NCBI GenBank assembly: GCA_022616725.1
Contig: JAKEEH010000463.1
Span: 1-56,356, forward strand
DNA length: 56,356 nucleotides
Source: Limisphaerales bacterium
GTDB lineage: Bacteria > Verrucomicrobiota > Verrucomicrobiia > Limisphaerales > JAKEEH01
Reading direction: 5' to 3'
Numbering within the stretch: position 1 is the stretch's first letter; every line of letters starts with the position of its first letter. Shown here piece by piece: positions 30,067 through 39,832 of this stretch. The notes under the pieces were generated by a model. That model searched no databases, was not told the origin of the DNA, and worked only from the letters and a program-made list of their open reading frames with translations. The position numbers were made by a program, and so were the translations under genes.

Positions 30067-30815
30067 TTCCAGCGGCGGCTTTCTATGACCTTGAAGGTCA
30101 GGAACAAAAACAACGCAGTGAGGCTCAGGTAAAATACCAGTGGCCGCGTATCGATCACGCCCCGGGCGAAATCCTTCATGTGCTCAATTAAACCGACGTG
30201 GCTCAGCAACTGCGCTTCCCAGCCGGTTTGAGTCGAAAACACCATGGCGATAAAGCTCATCAGAAACAACGCCGCGCCGCCAGCGATGCTAACCATGGCG
30301 GCAATAATCTGATTGCGCGTCATTGCCGAAGCGAAGCAGCCCATTGACATATACAAAAAGCCCAGCAGCACTACTCCGAGGAAGGTCGTTCCGATCGTCG
30401 CCGGGTCCAGCAGCGTCGTATCGCGGCTGTAGTAGCGCACCACCGCCAGACTGCCGAGCGAGGGCAACCAAAGAAGAATATAAAATATCAGCGCTCCGGT
30501 GAATTTCGCCAGCACGACCTGCGCGTCGCTGACCGGCGCGGTCATCAATGTCTCGAACGTTCCCGACGACTTTTCCATCGCAAACGAACGCATCGTAATC
30601 ACCGGCGGGGCCAGCAGGACGATCATCCAGAAATAAATAGTGCCATAGAACAGCTCGGTAACCGGGCGGTCGGTGGCTTGGGCTTTCAATGCGACGATTA
30701 GATTGTTGAAGCTGGCGCCGAAGAGAAAAGCGGCGCACGCGATCACCACGTAACCTGTCCACGAACAAAAATGCGAGCTCAATTCACGTCGAATCAGCGT
30801 CCAATACACTTGCAT
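30063..30815 (-). CDS. GldF-like ABC-2 permease
   Basis: RRELSSHF, ITMRSFAMEKSSGTFETLMTAP, VLAKF, TRNQIIA, FARGVID. Confidence 0.88.
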   Translation of the reverse strand: MQVYWTLIRRELSSHFCSWTGYVVIACAAFLFGASFNNLIVALKAQATDRPVTELFYGTIYFWMIVLLAPPVITMRSFAMEKSSGTFETLMTAPVSDAQVVLAKFTGALIFYILLWLPSLGSLAVVRYYSRDTTLLDPATIGTTFLGVVLLGFLYMSMGCFASAMTRNQIIAAMVSIAGGAALFLMSFIAMVFSTQTGWEAQLLSHVGLIEHMKDFARGVIDTRPLVFYLSLTALFLFLTFKVIESRRWK

Positions 30816-31780
30816 CAACTCGCTTCCTCCTCTTTTTCGCCGTGCGTCACGCGCACGAAGATGTCTTCCAGCGAATGGCGGCTGCGTGTCAACTCACGCA
30901 TCTGCCACCCTTGCGCGCAGACCGAGGCAAAGACTTGCGGGCGCAAATCGACGCCCGGCTGCCCGGTCAGAGAGCACCGGATATAATCTCCGTCCACAGG
31001 GGCAAGGTCGAAATGTTCAATTTCCGGCATCTGTTCCCAGCAGGCTTTCAGTTCGGCCACGGGCGCAGCAATCTCTGCGATGACCTGCCCGCGATCGCTC
31101 ATGAGGTGTTGCAGATTCTCCGTCGTGTCCGCAGCAAGTATTCGGCCCTGGTGCAAAATCAGGACCCGGTTGCACGTCATCTCGACTTCCGGGAGAATAT
31201 GCGTTGAGATCAGCACCGTGTGCTTCTGTCCGAGGTCCTTGATCAATTGACGCACGGCGCGAATCTGGTTTGGGTCCAGCCCAATAGTGGGTTCATCAAG
31301 GATAATTAGTTCCGGCTCGTGAATCAGCGCGTCGGCCAGGCCCACGCGCTGCTGGTAACCTTTCGAGAGGTGGCCGATGATTTTGCGGTGCACTTCCGCC
31401 AATCCGCACTGCTGCATCACGATCTCTGCCCGTTCCCGGCAGCGGTTGCGAGTTAAGCCCTTCAAAGCCCCGCGAAACCGCAGGTACTCGCGCACGCGCA
31501 TGTCCCGGTGCAGCGGGTTGTTTTCGGGCATGTAGCCGATGCGCCGCCGGACCTCGTCAGCCTCGGTAAAAACGTCGTGCTCCGCCACGCGAACGGTGCC
31601 GGCGCTAGCAGGCATGTAGCACGAGAGAATACGCATGATCGTGCTCTTGCCCGCGCCATTCGGGCCGAGCAGGCCGACGATTTCACCACGCGAGACGTTG
31701 AACGACACATCGGTCACGGCGGTGTGTCCGGCATACCGTTTCGTAAGGTTCTCAACTTGTATCATCAGTCCATCGCCCAT
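30815..31780 (-). CDS. GldA-like ABC ATPase
   Basis: GPNGAGKST, LSKGYQQRVGLA, LDEPTIGLDP, STHIL. Confidence 0.92.
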   Translation of the reverse strand: MGDGLMIQVENLTKRYAGHTAVTDVSFNVSRGEIVGLLGPNGAGKSTIMRILSCYMPASAGTVRVAEHDVFTEADEVRRRIGYMPENNPLHRDMRVREYLRFRGALKGLTRNRCRERAEIVMQQCGLAEVHRKIIGHLSKGYQQRVGLADALIHEPELIILDEPTIGLDPNQIRAVRQLIKDLGQKHTVLISTHILPEVEMTCNRVLILHQGRILAADTTENLQHLMSDRGQVIAEIAAPVAELKACWEQMPEIEHFDLAPVDGDYIRCSLTGQPGVDLRPQVFASVCAQGWQMRELTRSRHSLEDIFVRVTHGEKEEEAS

Positions 31781-31866
31781 GGCTCAAACCACAGTCTAGC
31801 CAGCGAAAAACAACAGAGCCAATAAAAACTCGATTTTGCGAGCGTACTCGCCCGCGCACATTCCTG

Positions 31867-33333
31867 TCACCGCAGCCTCATCTCCACGGTTTGTTGCACC
31901 AGTTCAAGGTAGGGCCCGCGGCGCCGTGGATAGATAATGTCCAGTTGCGCCTTCTCGCCCTTTGCCTTGGCATAGAGTTGCTTCGCGGTCGCCAAGACAC
32001 TGGTCGATGCCTGGCCATCGATCCGGCTGATCACCATCCCTTTTTGCAGCTCTGCCGCGGGACTCCCGCGCTCGACCCCCGCCACAAGCAAGCCTTCCAC
32101 CCGGGGAAATCCGAAGCTTTGTGCCAGCTCCGGCGTCAATTCCTGGACCGATGCACCCGTGCGAGCGCGAATCAATTCCGCATTGAAAAAGCTCCGTTCG
32201 GGCACCATGCGCACGTCAATGCGCTTTTGGCTATCACCCCGTGCTACCGTGAGTTTGACTTTCCTGGTTTGCGTTGTCGTGTCGCCCTCTTTCGACGATG
32301 CATCCGTCCGTCGCAATTCCTCGATAAAGTCCATGAAACTGCGTGGTTTCTTTCCATTTACCTGCAGGATCTCATCGCCCGGTTTCAAGCCGGCCTTGCC
32401 GGCCGGGCTCTCGTTCTGCACTGACATCACCTGCAATGGCGAACCGCCGGGCCGGACCCGCGCGCCAAACCACAGCGACTCCAGGCCTTCCGGCGAATAG
32501 ATTTCTGAAATAGCCGCGGACACGCGCTTAACCGGAATGGCGAAACCGATGCCCTGGCCTTCGCGATAAATCGCGACGTTAATTCCGATCAGTTCTCCCC
32601 GAAGGTTCACCAGCGGTCCTCCGCTGTTGCCGGGGTTGATGGCGGCATCAGTCTGAAGCCAATCCAACACGTCCATCGGTTCACCTTCCGCCGGTGGCCG
32701 ACGGCTTTTCGAGCTGAGAATGCCCCGGCTCACCGAACCGCCAAGCCCGAACGGGTTGCCGAGAGCGAGCACAGTCTCGCCGAGCAGCAGATCGTCATCG
32801 GCGGCAAATTTTACCGCTTTGAACTTCACCTGGTTGGTAGTTCTGATTTTCAAAAGCGCGACGTCCGTCAGCGAGCTGAAATTCATCGCGTCCGCCTCAT
32901 ACTCGCGCCCGTCCATGGTTTTGATTGTGATGCGCGTCGCTCGTCCAACCACGTGATAGTTCGTCAAGACGAATCCTTCCTCGTCGATAATCACCCCCGA
33001 GCCAAGGCTGTGCGCGGTATTGGGCGGACGCCGCCGATAATAGGGCCCAAAAAATTCACGGAACAAGTCCTCGACCGGATTTCTCACCTCCACCACCGTC
33101 TCTGTGGCGATATTCACGACTGCGGGCATGACCAGTTGCACGGCATCCACCACTGCATCCCGTCGAATATCCGGAGTCGCCGCGGTTGAATCGTGTGGCC
33201 CGACAAGACTGAACCCTAAAAATATTGCCGTGACCGACGCGAGGGCACTCCGCCCCGCGTGCGACCGCCGCCGGTAAACGGACAGGGGCGAGACCGCCCG
33301 CGCTCCTTCCGCCGATCCACTCAGTTCAGTCAT
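31867..33333 (-). CDS. HtrA/DegP-like serine protease with two PDZ domains
   Basis: GSGVII, TNYHV, DVALLK, QTDAAINPGNSGGPL, two SPA-containing PDZ segments; ATG 33333 has GGGGAG upstream. Confidence 0.92.
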   Translation of the reverse strand: MTELSGSAEGARAVSPLSVYRRRSHAGRSALASVTAIFLGFSLVGPHDSTAATPDIRRDAVVDAVQLVMPAVVNIATETVVEVRNPVEDLFREFFGPYYRRRPPNTAHSLGSGVIIDEEGFVLTNYHVVGRATRITIKTMDGREYEADAMNFSSLTDVALLKIRTTNQVKFKAVKFAADDDLLLGETVLALGNPFGLGGSVSRGILSSKSRRPPAEGEPMDVLDWLQTDAAINPGNSGGPLVNLRGELIGINVAIYREGQGIGFAIPVKRVSAAISEIYSPEGLESLWFGARVRPGGSPLQVMSVQNESPAGKAGLKPGDEILQVNGKKPRSFMDFIEELRRTDASSKEGDTTTQTRKVKLTVARGDSQKRIDVRMVPERSFFNAELIRARTGASVQELTPELAQSFGFPRVEGLLVAGVERGSPAAELQKGMVISRIDGQASTSVLATAKQLYAKAKGEKAQLDIIYPRRRGPYLELVQQTVEMRLR

Positions 33334-33656
33334 GTTGCTCTCCCCGCGGTGCAAGGCGCTCCGCTTGCCGGGTGCTACCTCAGTCTGCAAAAGCGGGCTG
33401 GAAATGGCAAGGCCGGGCAACCGCGGGCGACACGCCGCGGCAACGGCATTGGTATTGAAGCGACCCTCGTCATTTTTTTCACTTCCTTTCAATTTCTTTC
33501 AATTCTGGTCGGTTTTTGCCTGACCTCGTCCAGGGTTGCGTCCGTTGGCGTTTCGGCCCCCACCCCCAAAAGCGTTCATTTCTGTTCTTTTCACCGTATC
33601 GCGCGCCAGCCTCATTTTCCATTCGCCTCAACATGCTGATGTCTTAACTTGAGGCG

Positions 33657-34574
33657 ATGGCCAAAGCGTTTTGGACCGCGACGTGGATGTTGCTCTGCTG
33701 GATGGCAGCGCGCGTCGAGGCTGCGCCGCCGGTGACGGTATTTGAAACGACGTCGGCCTATCATAACATCATCGTTTACGATCAGGACGGTATTCGCGTT
33801 TTGAGTTTCGACGGGTCAATGGAAACGAAAATGTCGCTGCGTTACCCGCTCCGAGGGCATTTTGAATACACCGAATTCTTTCACGTGCCCTGGATCTGGA
33901 ACAACCAGATGACGAACATCCTCATGATCGGCCTGGGCGGGGGAAGCACGCAGCGCTCCTATTCGCATTACTATCCTTATTTGACCGTGGAGACGGTGGA
34001 GATCGACCCGATGGTGGTGCAGGTCGCTTCGAACTATTTTCATTTCAAGGAGTCGCCCCGGCAAAAGGTGCACGTGTCGGACGGGCGGGTATTCCTGCGG
34101 CGGACGGAGAAGATTTACGGGGCGATTTTGATGGATGCCTACGTCGAGAATCGTTACGGCTCATCGATTCCATATCACCTCGCGACGAAGGAATTCTTCG
34201 AGCTGGCGGCACGGCATCTGCCGACCAACGGCGTCTTATGTTACAACATCATCGGCACGATGGACGGCTGGAAGGCGGATCTGGTCGGCGCGATTTACAC
34301 GACTTTGAAAACGGTTTTTCCGCAGGTGTATTTTTTTCCGGCGAGGGAATCACGCAATGTGGTGGTGGTGGCAACGCGGTCGCCCGAACCAATGGTGTCG
34401 GCAACGCTTTACGCTCGAGCCACCGCCCTGATCAATTCGCGGCGGATAACTCTCGATACATTTCGCAACCGGCTCTATTCCTTTCGCACCGCGCCCCCTG
34501 CCAACCACCTCCGCAGCCCGCTGTTGACGGACGATTTCGCCCCGGTGGACGGCTTGCTGCGGGTCGGGGAGTAA
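33657..34574 (+). CDS. Spermidine synthase-like SAM-binding protein with signal peptide
   Basis: ILMIGLGGGS, VEIDP, DGRVFL, MDAY, HLATKEFF, LTDDFAPVD. Confidence 0.8.
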   Translation: MAKAFWTATWMLLCWMAARVEAAPPVTVFETTSAYHNIIVYDQDGIRVLSFDGSMETKMSLRYPLRGHFEYTEFFHVPWIWNNQMTNILMIGLGGGSTQRSYSHYYPYLTVETVEIDPMVVQVASNYFHFKESPRQKVHVSDGRVFLRRTEKIYGAILMDAYVENRYGSSIPYHLATKEFFELAARHLPTNGVLCYNIIGTMDGWKADLVGAIYTTLKTVFPQVYFFPARESRNVVVVATRSPEPMVSATLYARATALINSRRITLDTFRNRLYSFRTAPPANHLRSPLLTDDFAPVDGLLRVGE

Positions 34575-35377
34575 TGGAAGAATTCAGCGCTGGTTCCAAA
34601 GTTGTCCTGCTTGACTTGGCCTCACCCATTCTCGCAGCAGCGACTTCACTGATTCCAAACTGTCTCTCTCCTTTGAGCGTTGTTCGCAGGTTCGCCAGTT
34701 CAAGCGCATCAGAAAAATTGCGCTGACCTCAATCAAACCTTCTGTTTTCACGGCTCAGGCATGCTCCGCGCCAATGTCACTGGAAAGTTTTGTGGACAAA
34801 TCTTGCCAGTGAATTCACCTCCAAATTATCGCAAACTGTTTAGGTATGACACGAATTGTCATTTTTGGACTGCGAGATGGAGGCGGCGCGGGGGCACCGC
34901 TGCCGCACCGCGGCGCAGACGCACCCAATCCCTTCCTTGTTTCGCGCGTACCTTGTCAACCAATGCCAAGCTGTAAACGTCTCATGAACTCCAGCGCGTC
35001 GTCGCCGACACCCGCAAGCAACTCAACCAGCTCTTCGTCGAACCTTCCTTCATCGATGAATCGCCAGATGCAACGCAAAGCAATCAAATCCGTGGAACCA
35101 GCGCATCGTCAGAACCATTTCCGACCGGTCGAGAGTCGGTCTGAGGCCATTTTCCTAAGGAATTCGCAACTTTCGTCCCGACCTGTCGGTTTTTTGCCCC
35201 GCACTGCGAACGTTCCTTCTTCCTCGGGCAGAAGGTCAGGGAGAGGGCAAATGCCGCCAGGGCGCCGGCATTGAATTCGAGTTGCGGATGACCTCCGGTT
35301 ACGCGACAAATCAAGCGTGAAGCCTTTTCCTTGCGCAACTCCAGGCGCCAAACGCATGCGGCGTGCTCCTGCCTCCG

Positions 35378-36391
35378 ATGAAAGCCGCGATCATTGACGC
35401 TCCCCGACGGATGCGCGTTGGCGAGTGCAACGCCCCCGAGCCGGGGCGTGGCGAAGTGGTCGTGCGCGTGCGCGCCGCGGGCATTTGCGCTGGTGATTTA
35501 TACATTTACGTGGGCAAAAATCCTTATGCCAATTACCCGCGCATCGCCGGCCACGAAATCTGCGGAACGGTGGAGAAGGTCGGGCCGGAGGTCTCGGGAA
35601 TTTCGCAGGGGAGTGTAGTGGTCGTTGAGCCATTCATCGGCTGCGGCAAGTGTTACCCATGCCGCGTCGGCAAATCCAATTGCTGCGCGAACCTTGGCCT
35701 CATCGGCACCAACCTTCCCGGCGGCTACGCTGAATTTGTCGTGGCCCCGGCGCGCAACATTCACCCGGTGCCAGCCGGCTTGCCGCCAGTGATCGCCTCA
35801 TTCGCCGAGCCCCTTGCCATTGGCGTGCAAGCCTGTCGCCGCGCCGAAGTGAAGCCAGGCGAAGACGTGCTGATCCTCGGTTGCGGTCCTATTGGCTTGG
35901 CATTGATCGAAGTCGCCAAAGCCCGCGGTGCGCGCGTGGTCGCCGCCGACGTTTCCGAATCGCGGCTCGCTTTCGCCCGCACCCTTGGCGCGGAGGTTCT
36001 GAAAGCTGACAAAGAGCTGACGCGGAAAGTCCTCGAGCAAACCAACGGCGAAGGTGCAGCCGTCGTGATCGAAGCGACGGGCAATCCCGAAGCCATGGAG
36101 CAAACAGTCGAGTTGGTCGCCAGCGGGGGCCGCATCGTAATTGTTGGTCTCGTCAGGAAAGGCGTGAATATTTCGATTCCGGGTCTCGACATCACGCGCA
36201 AGGAGATGACGCTGCTCGGTTCGCGCGCTTCGGTGAACTGTTTTCCAGAAGCCCTGCAATTACTCGCCAGCGGGAAAATCCAGTATCCGAAAGTCGCCAC
36301 CCAATTGAGCATGTGGGAGGCGCCCGCAGTGTTTGAGAAATTGGTGAACGACCCGGCGTCGATGCACAAAGGCGTGCTAGTGATTGATTGA
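35378..36391 (+). CDS. Zn-dependent alcohol/sugar-acid dehydrogenase (MDR family)
   Basis: GICAGD, GHE, CGKCYPC..NCC structural Zn site, GCGPIG. Confidence 0.92.
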   Translation: MKAAIIDAPRRMRVGECNAPEPGRGEVVVRVRAAGICAGDLYIYVGKNPYANYPRIAGHEICGTVEKVGPEVSGISQGSVVVVEPFIGCGKCYPCRVGKSNCCANLGLIGTNLPGGYAEFVVAPARNIHPVPAGLPPVIASFAEPLAIGVQACRRAEVKPGEDVLILGCGPIGLALIEVAKARGARVVAADVSESRLAFARTLGAEVLKADKELTRKVLEQTNGEGAAVVIEATGNPEAMEQTVELVASGGRIVIVGLVRKGVNISIPGLDITRKEMTLLGSRASVNCFPEALQLLASGKIQYPKVATQLSMWEAPAVFEKLVNDPASMHKGVLVID

Positions 36392-36397
36392 GTTCGG

Positions 36398-37321
36398 ATG
36401 AAGCTTTACACGTTTGAAGTAGAAGGGCGGCGCTGGATCGGAGCAGGTTCCGACGGTCAATTGATCAATCTGGTTGCCGCGTACATGGTCATGACAGGTA
36501 TCCACGCGACAAAACCCGCTGCGCCCCACCGACTGCCGACCGACATGCTCGAGTTCCTTCGATTGGGCGAGCCGGCTCTGGAGGCGGCACGTGACGTTAT
36601 CAAGTTTATAGCGCGGCGCCCCGTGGTGCCTGTCGGCGAACGGCTCACTTATGCGCACGAAGAAGTGAAAATTCTCGCGCCCTTGCCCCGTCCCGGAAAA
36701 ATTCTCTGTTCCGGTATCAACTATCGCGGCCACAAGGCCGAAAATCCCGACGCGAAAATGCCGAGCGAGCCGTTTTTCTTTTCCAAACTGCCGTCGTCCG
36801 TGATTGGCCCGGGCGAACCCATTATCAAGCCTTCGCAAACCGAGCAACTGGACTACGAAGTGGAGTTTGCCGTTGTGATTGGACGTGCTATGAAGCGCGC
36901 TCCTGAGTCTGCAGTCATGGATTGCATCGCGGGATATACGATCCTGCACGATGTCTCCGCTCGGGATGTGCAGTTCAAGGACAGCCAGATTACGTTGGGG
37001 AAGAATTTCGATACCTTTTGCCCGCTTGGACCTTGCATCGTCACCAAAGACGAACTTCCCCAGCCCGCCAAGGTGCGTCTCCGCAGCTTTGTGAACGGCA
37101 AACTGATGCAGGACGGTAATACGGCCGATTGGGTGTTCTCTTTGCCGAAGCTGCTGAGTTTTCTGTCCGGCATCATGACTCTCGAAGCTGGCGACATAGT
37201 CAGCACGGGCACCCCCGCCGGGGTCGGCGTGTTTCGTAAGCCGCCGGTGTTTCTAAAACCAGGCGACGTGGTACGCCTCGAAGCGGAGGGCATCGGCGTG
37301 TTGGAGAATCCCGTGAAATGA
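36398..37321 (+). CDS. Fumarylacetoacetate hydrolase family protein
   Basis: KILCSGINY, DYEVE, HDVSARD, GKNFDTFCPLGP, TGTPAGVG. Confidence 0.93.
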   Translation: MKLYTFEVEGRRWIGAGSDGQLINLVAAYMVMTGIHATKPAAPHRLPTDMLEFLRLGEPALEAARDVIKFIARRPVVPVGERLTYAHEEVKILAPLPRPGKILCSGINYRGHKAENPDAKMPSEPFFFSKLPSSVIGPGEPIIKPSQTEQLDYEVEFAVVIGRAMKRAPESAVMDCIAGYTILHDVSARDVQFKDSQITLGKNFDTFCPLGPCIVTKDELPQPAKVRLRSFVNGKLMQDGNTADWVFSLPKLLSFLSGIMTLEAGDIVSTGTPAGVGVFRKPPVFLKPGDVVRLEAEGIGVLENPVK

Positions 37322-38835
37322 GTGCGCCCCTTCTGGCGATGCACGACATCCGCAAGCGCTTCGGCGGAGTGCAGGCGCTCAACGGTGTCAATCTGGAAGT
37401 GCGCTCCGGCGAAGTGCATGCGCTGGTGGGTGAAAACGGCGCCGGCAAGAGCACGTTGATGCATATCCTCGCCGGGGTTCATCAGCCCGACGAAGGGAGC
37501 ATCTCCTGGGATGGAAAGCAGCACGTGGTCATCGCGAACGAGCACGCGGCGCAACGCTTGGGCATAGCCATCGTCTTCCAGGAGCGAAGTTTGTTCAGTT
37601 CGCTGAGCGTCGCGGAAAATATTTTTGCGGGCCGCCAGCCTGTTTCGAGGTGGGGCGCGATTGACCGGCGCGCGTTGCGCGCGAACAGCGCCGCGCTGCT
37701 CCGCCGAGTTGGGCTGGCTTGCGACCCGGGAACCCCTTTGAGTGAGCTGTCCTCCGCACAGCAGCAGATGGTCGAAATCGCCAAGGCGCTCTCCCTTGAC
37801 GCGAAGTTGATCATCTTTGACGAACCGACTGCCGCGCTCACGGAAACCGAAACGACGGCGCTCTTCAGCGTCATTGCCCAATTGAAAGCGGCTGATGTGG
37901 CGATCATCTACATCTCGCATCGCCTCGAGGAGATATTCAAGATTGGAGATTGCGTTACTGTGCTCAAAGATGGGACTTGGCAAGGCACGTTCGCCGTAGC
38001 GCAAATCACGACCGACGACCTGATCAACCGCATGGTGGGCCGCGCCCTCTCGTTTGCCAGGGCCGACGGCGGAGCCCGGTACGGGCCAGTGGTGCTCGAA
38101 GTGCGGAACCTGACCGACCTCAGCCTCGAAGGCGAAGTGCGAACTCGCTTGCGCGGCATCAGCTTCCAGGCTCGAAAGGGCGAAGTGCTGGCCCTGGCGG
38201 GGCTTTGCGGCGCGGGACGCACTGAACTGGCGCTGGCCATCTTTGGAGCGCGGCCGCGCGAGTCGGGAGAGATTTTAATTGACGGTCAAGTGGTTGATAT
38301 CGACTCTCCGGCCGATGCGATTGCCGCCGGGATCGCGTACTTACCCGAGGATCGCAAGGACGCTGGCCTTTTCCTCGATATGACCATTGCGCAAAACGTT
38401 GCCGCAGCCCGGCTGAAGGACTTTGGTTCGTGGTGGTTCAGCGATGCGCGCGGCGAAGCCGCCGCCGAAGAGTTCCGAAAGCAATTGCGCGTGACGAGCC
38501 ACGGAGTTAAACAAGCGGTGCAAACCCTGAGCGGCGGCAATCAGCAGAAAGTCGTTTTGGCCAAATGGCTGCTGATCCAGCCAACGGTCCTGATTGTGGA
38601 CGAACCAACGCGTGGCATCGATGTGGGCGCGAAGGCCGAGGTGCACGCGCTGCTGCGCCAGTTGGCGCGGAAGGGCACAGCCGTGATCGTCATCTCGTCG
38701 GAATTGCCCGAAGTTCTTGCTCTTGCAGACCGGATCCTGGTGATGCGCGAAGGCCGGATCACAGGAGAATTCAAGGGCGAGGACGCGACTGAGGAAGCGA
38801 TCATGCGCTATGCTTCGCTCCACGTCCCAGCGTGA
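37318..38835 (+). CDS. Sugar ABC transporter ATP-binding protein (RbsA-type)
   Basis: GENGAGKST, DEPT, PEDRK, LSGGNQQK, DEPTRGIDVGAK. Confidence 0.95.
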   Translation: MSAPLLAMHDIRKRFGGVQALNGVNLEVRSGEVHALVGENGAGKSTLMHILAGVHQPDEGSISWDGKQHVVIANEHAAQRLGIAIVFQERSLFSSLSVAENIFAGRQPVSRWGAIDRRALRANSAALLRRVGLACDPGTPLSELSSAQQQMVEIAKALSLDAKLIIFDEPTAALTETETTALFSVIAQLKAADVAIIYISHRLEEIFKIGDCVTVLKDGTWQGTFAVAQITTDDLINRMVGRALSFARADGGARYGPVVLEVRNLTDLSLEGEVRTRLRGISFQARKGEVLALAGLCGAGRTELALAIFGARPRESGEILIDGQVVDIDSPADAIAAGIAYLPEDRKDAGLFLDMTIAQNVAAARLKDFGSWWFSDARGEAAAEEFRKQLRVTSHGVKQAVQTLSGGNQQKVVLAKWLLIQPTVLIVDEPTRGIDVGAKAEVHALLRQLARKGTAVIVISSELPEVLALADRILVMREGRITGEFKGEDATEEAIMRYASLHVPA

Positions 38836-38836
38836 A

Positions 38837-39832
38837 ATGCCCGAAGTAGCTCCAGCACCAGCAACGCTGCCGGTTGACACCGCGCCGCGGAAGCTTCGCC
38901 TCCCTGCGTTCTCGCGAGAAATAGGCCTGGCTGCGCTCACACTGTTAATTATCCTCCTCTTCTCCATCCTCTACCCATACACCTTCAAATCCGCGGCCAA
39001 CTTCAATGCGATCCTGCGAAATCTCGCCTTCGAAGGAATTCTCGCCATCGGCATGATGCTCATGCTGGTCGGCGGAGTTTTTGACCTGTCAGTTGGCGCG
39101 ATGGCGTCGATGATCGGCGTCATCACGGGTTGGCTGATGAAAAACGCCGGCTGGCCGGTTCCGTTGGCGATTGTGACGGGGCTGCTGGTGGCGGCGGCGG
39201 GTGGCTTTTTGAACGGCTTCATTGTCGCGAAAGTCCGAGTTAACGCTCTAATTACGACCCTCGGAACGATGGGCGTGTTCCAGGGCGTTGCTCTGTTGAT
39301 TGGCGGCCCTGGAATCACATTTTTGCCCGAATCCTTTACGAGATTCGGCCAGGCCGAAGTCGGCGGGATTCAAGCCCCTGTGCTGGTCATGCTCGCGTTG
39401 GCGATCATAGCCCAATACTGCCTCGCTCACACGCGCTTCTTCCGGCAGTATTACTATATTGGCAGCAATCCCAAAGCCGCACACTTGTCCGGGATCAGTG
39501 TCGAGCGGCTGCAAATGCTGTCTTTTACGATCATGGGAACGATTGCCGGACTGGCGGGCATAGTGTATGCCTCGCGCATCGCAACAGCGACATCGACCGT
39601 CGGCGTCGGAGCGGAGTTGCAAGCCATCACTGCCGTGATCCTGGGCGGAGCAAGCCTTACCGGCGGCAAAGGAACCATCTGGGGTGCGCTGATCGGAGTG
39701 TTTTTTATGGCGTTGATGAAGAATGTGCTGATTATCTCGCGCGTATCCTCGGAATGGCAGGGCATCATCCTTGGCGCGGTGCTCGTGCTCGCCGTGGCCG
39801 TCGATTCAATCATGAACCGAAAGAAAGCATGA
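38837..39832 (+). CDS. Sugar ABC transporter permease (RbsC-type)
   Basis: FDLSVG, ITTLGT, GSNPKAAHLSGI, ELQAITAVILGG. Confidence 0.93.
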   Translation: MPEVAPAPATLPVDTAPRKLRLPAFSREIGLAALTLLIILLFSILYPYTFKSAANFNAILRNLAFEGILAIGMMLMLVGGVFDLSVGAMASMIGVITGWLMKNAGWPVPLAIVTGLLVAAAGGFLNGFIVAKVRVNALITTLGTMGVFQGVALLIGGPGITFLPESFTRFGQAEVGGIQAPVLVMLALAIIAQYCLAHTRFFRQYYYIGSNPKAAHLSGISVERLQMLSFTIMGTIAGLAGIVYASRIATATSTVGVGAELQAITAVILGGASLTGGKGTIWGALIGVFFMALMKNVLIISRVSSEWQGIILGAVLVLAVAVDSIMNRKKA

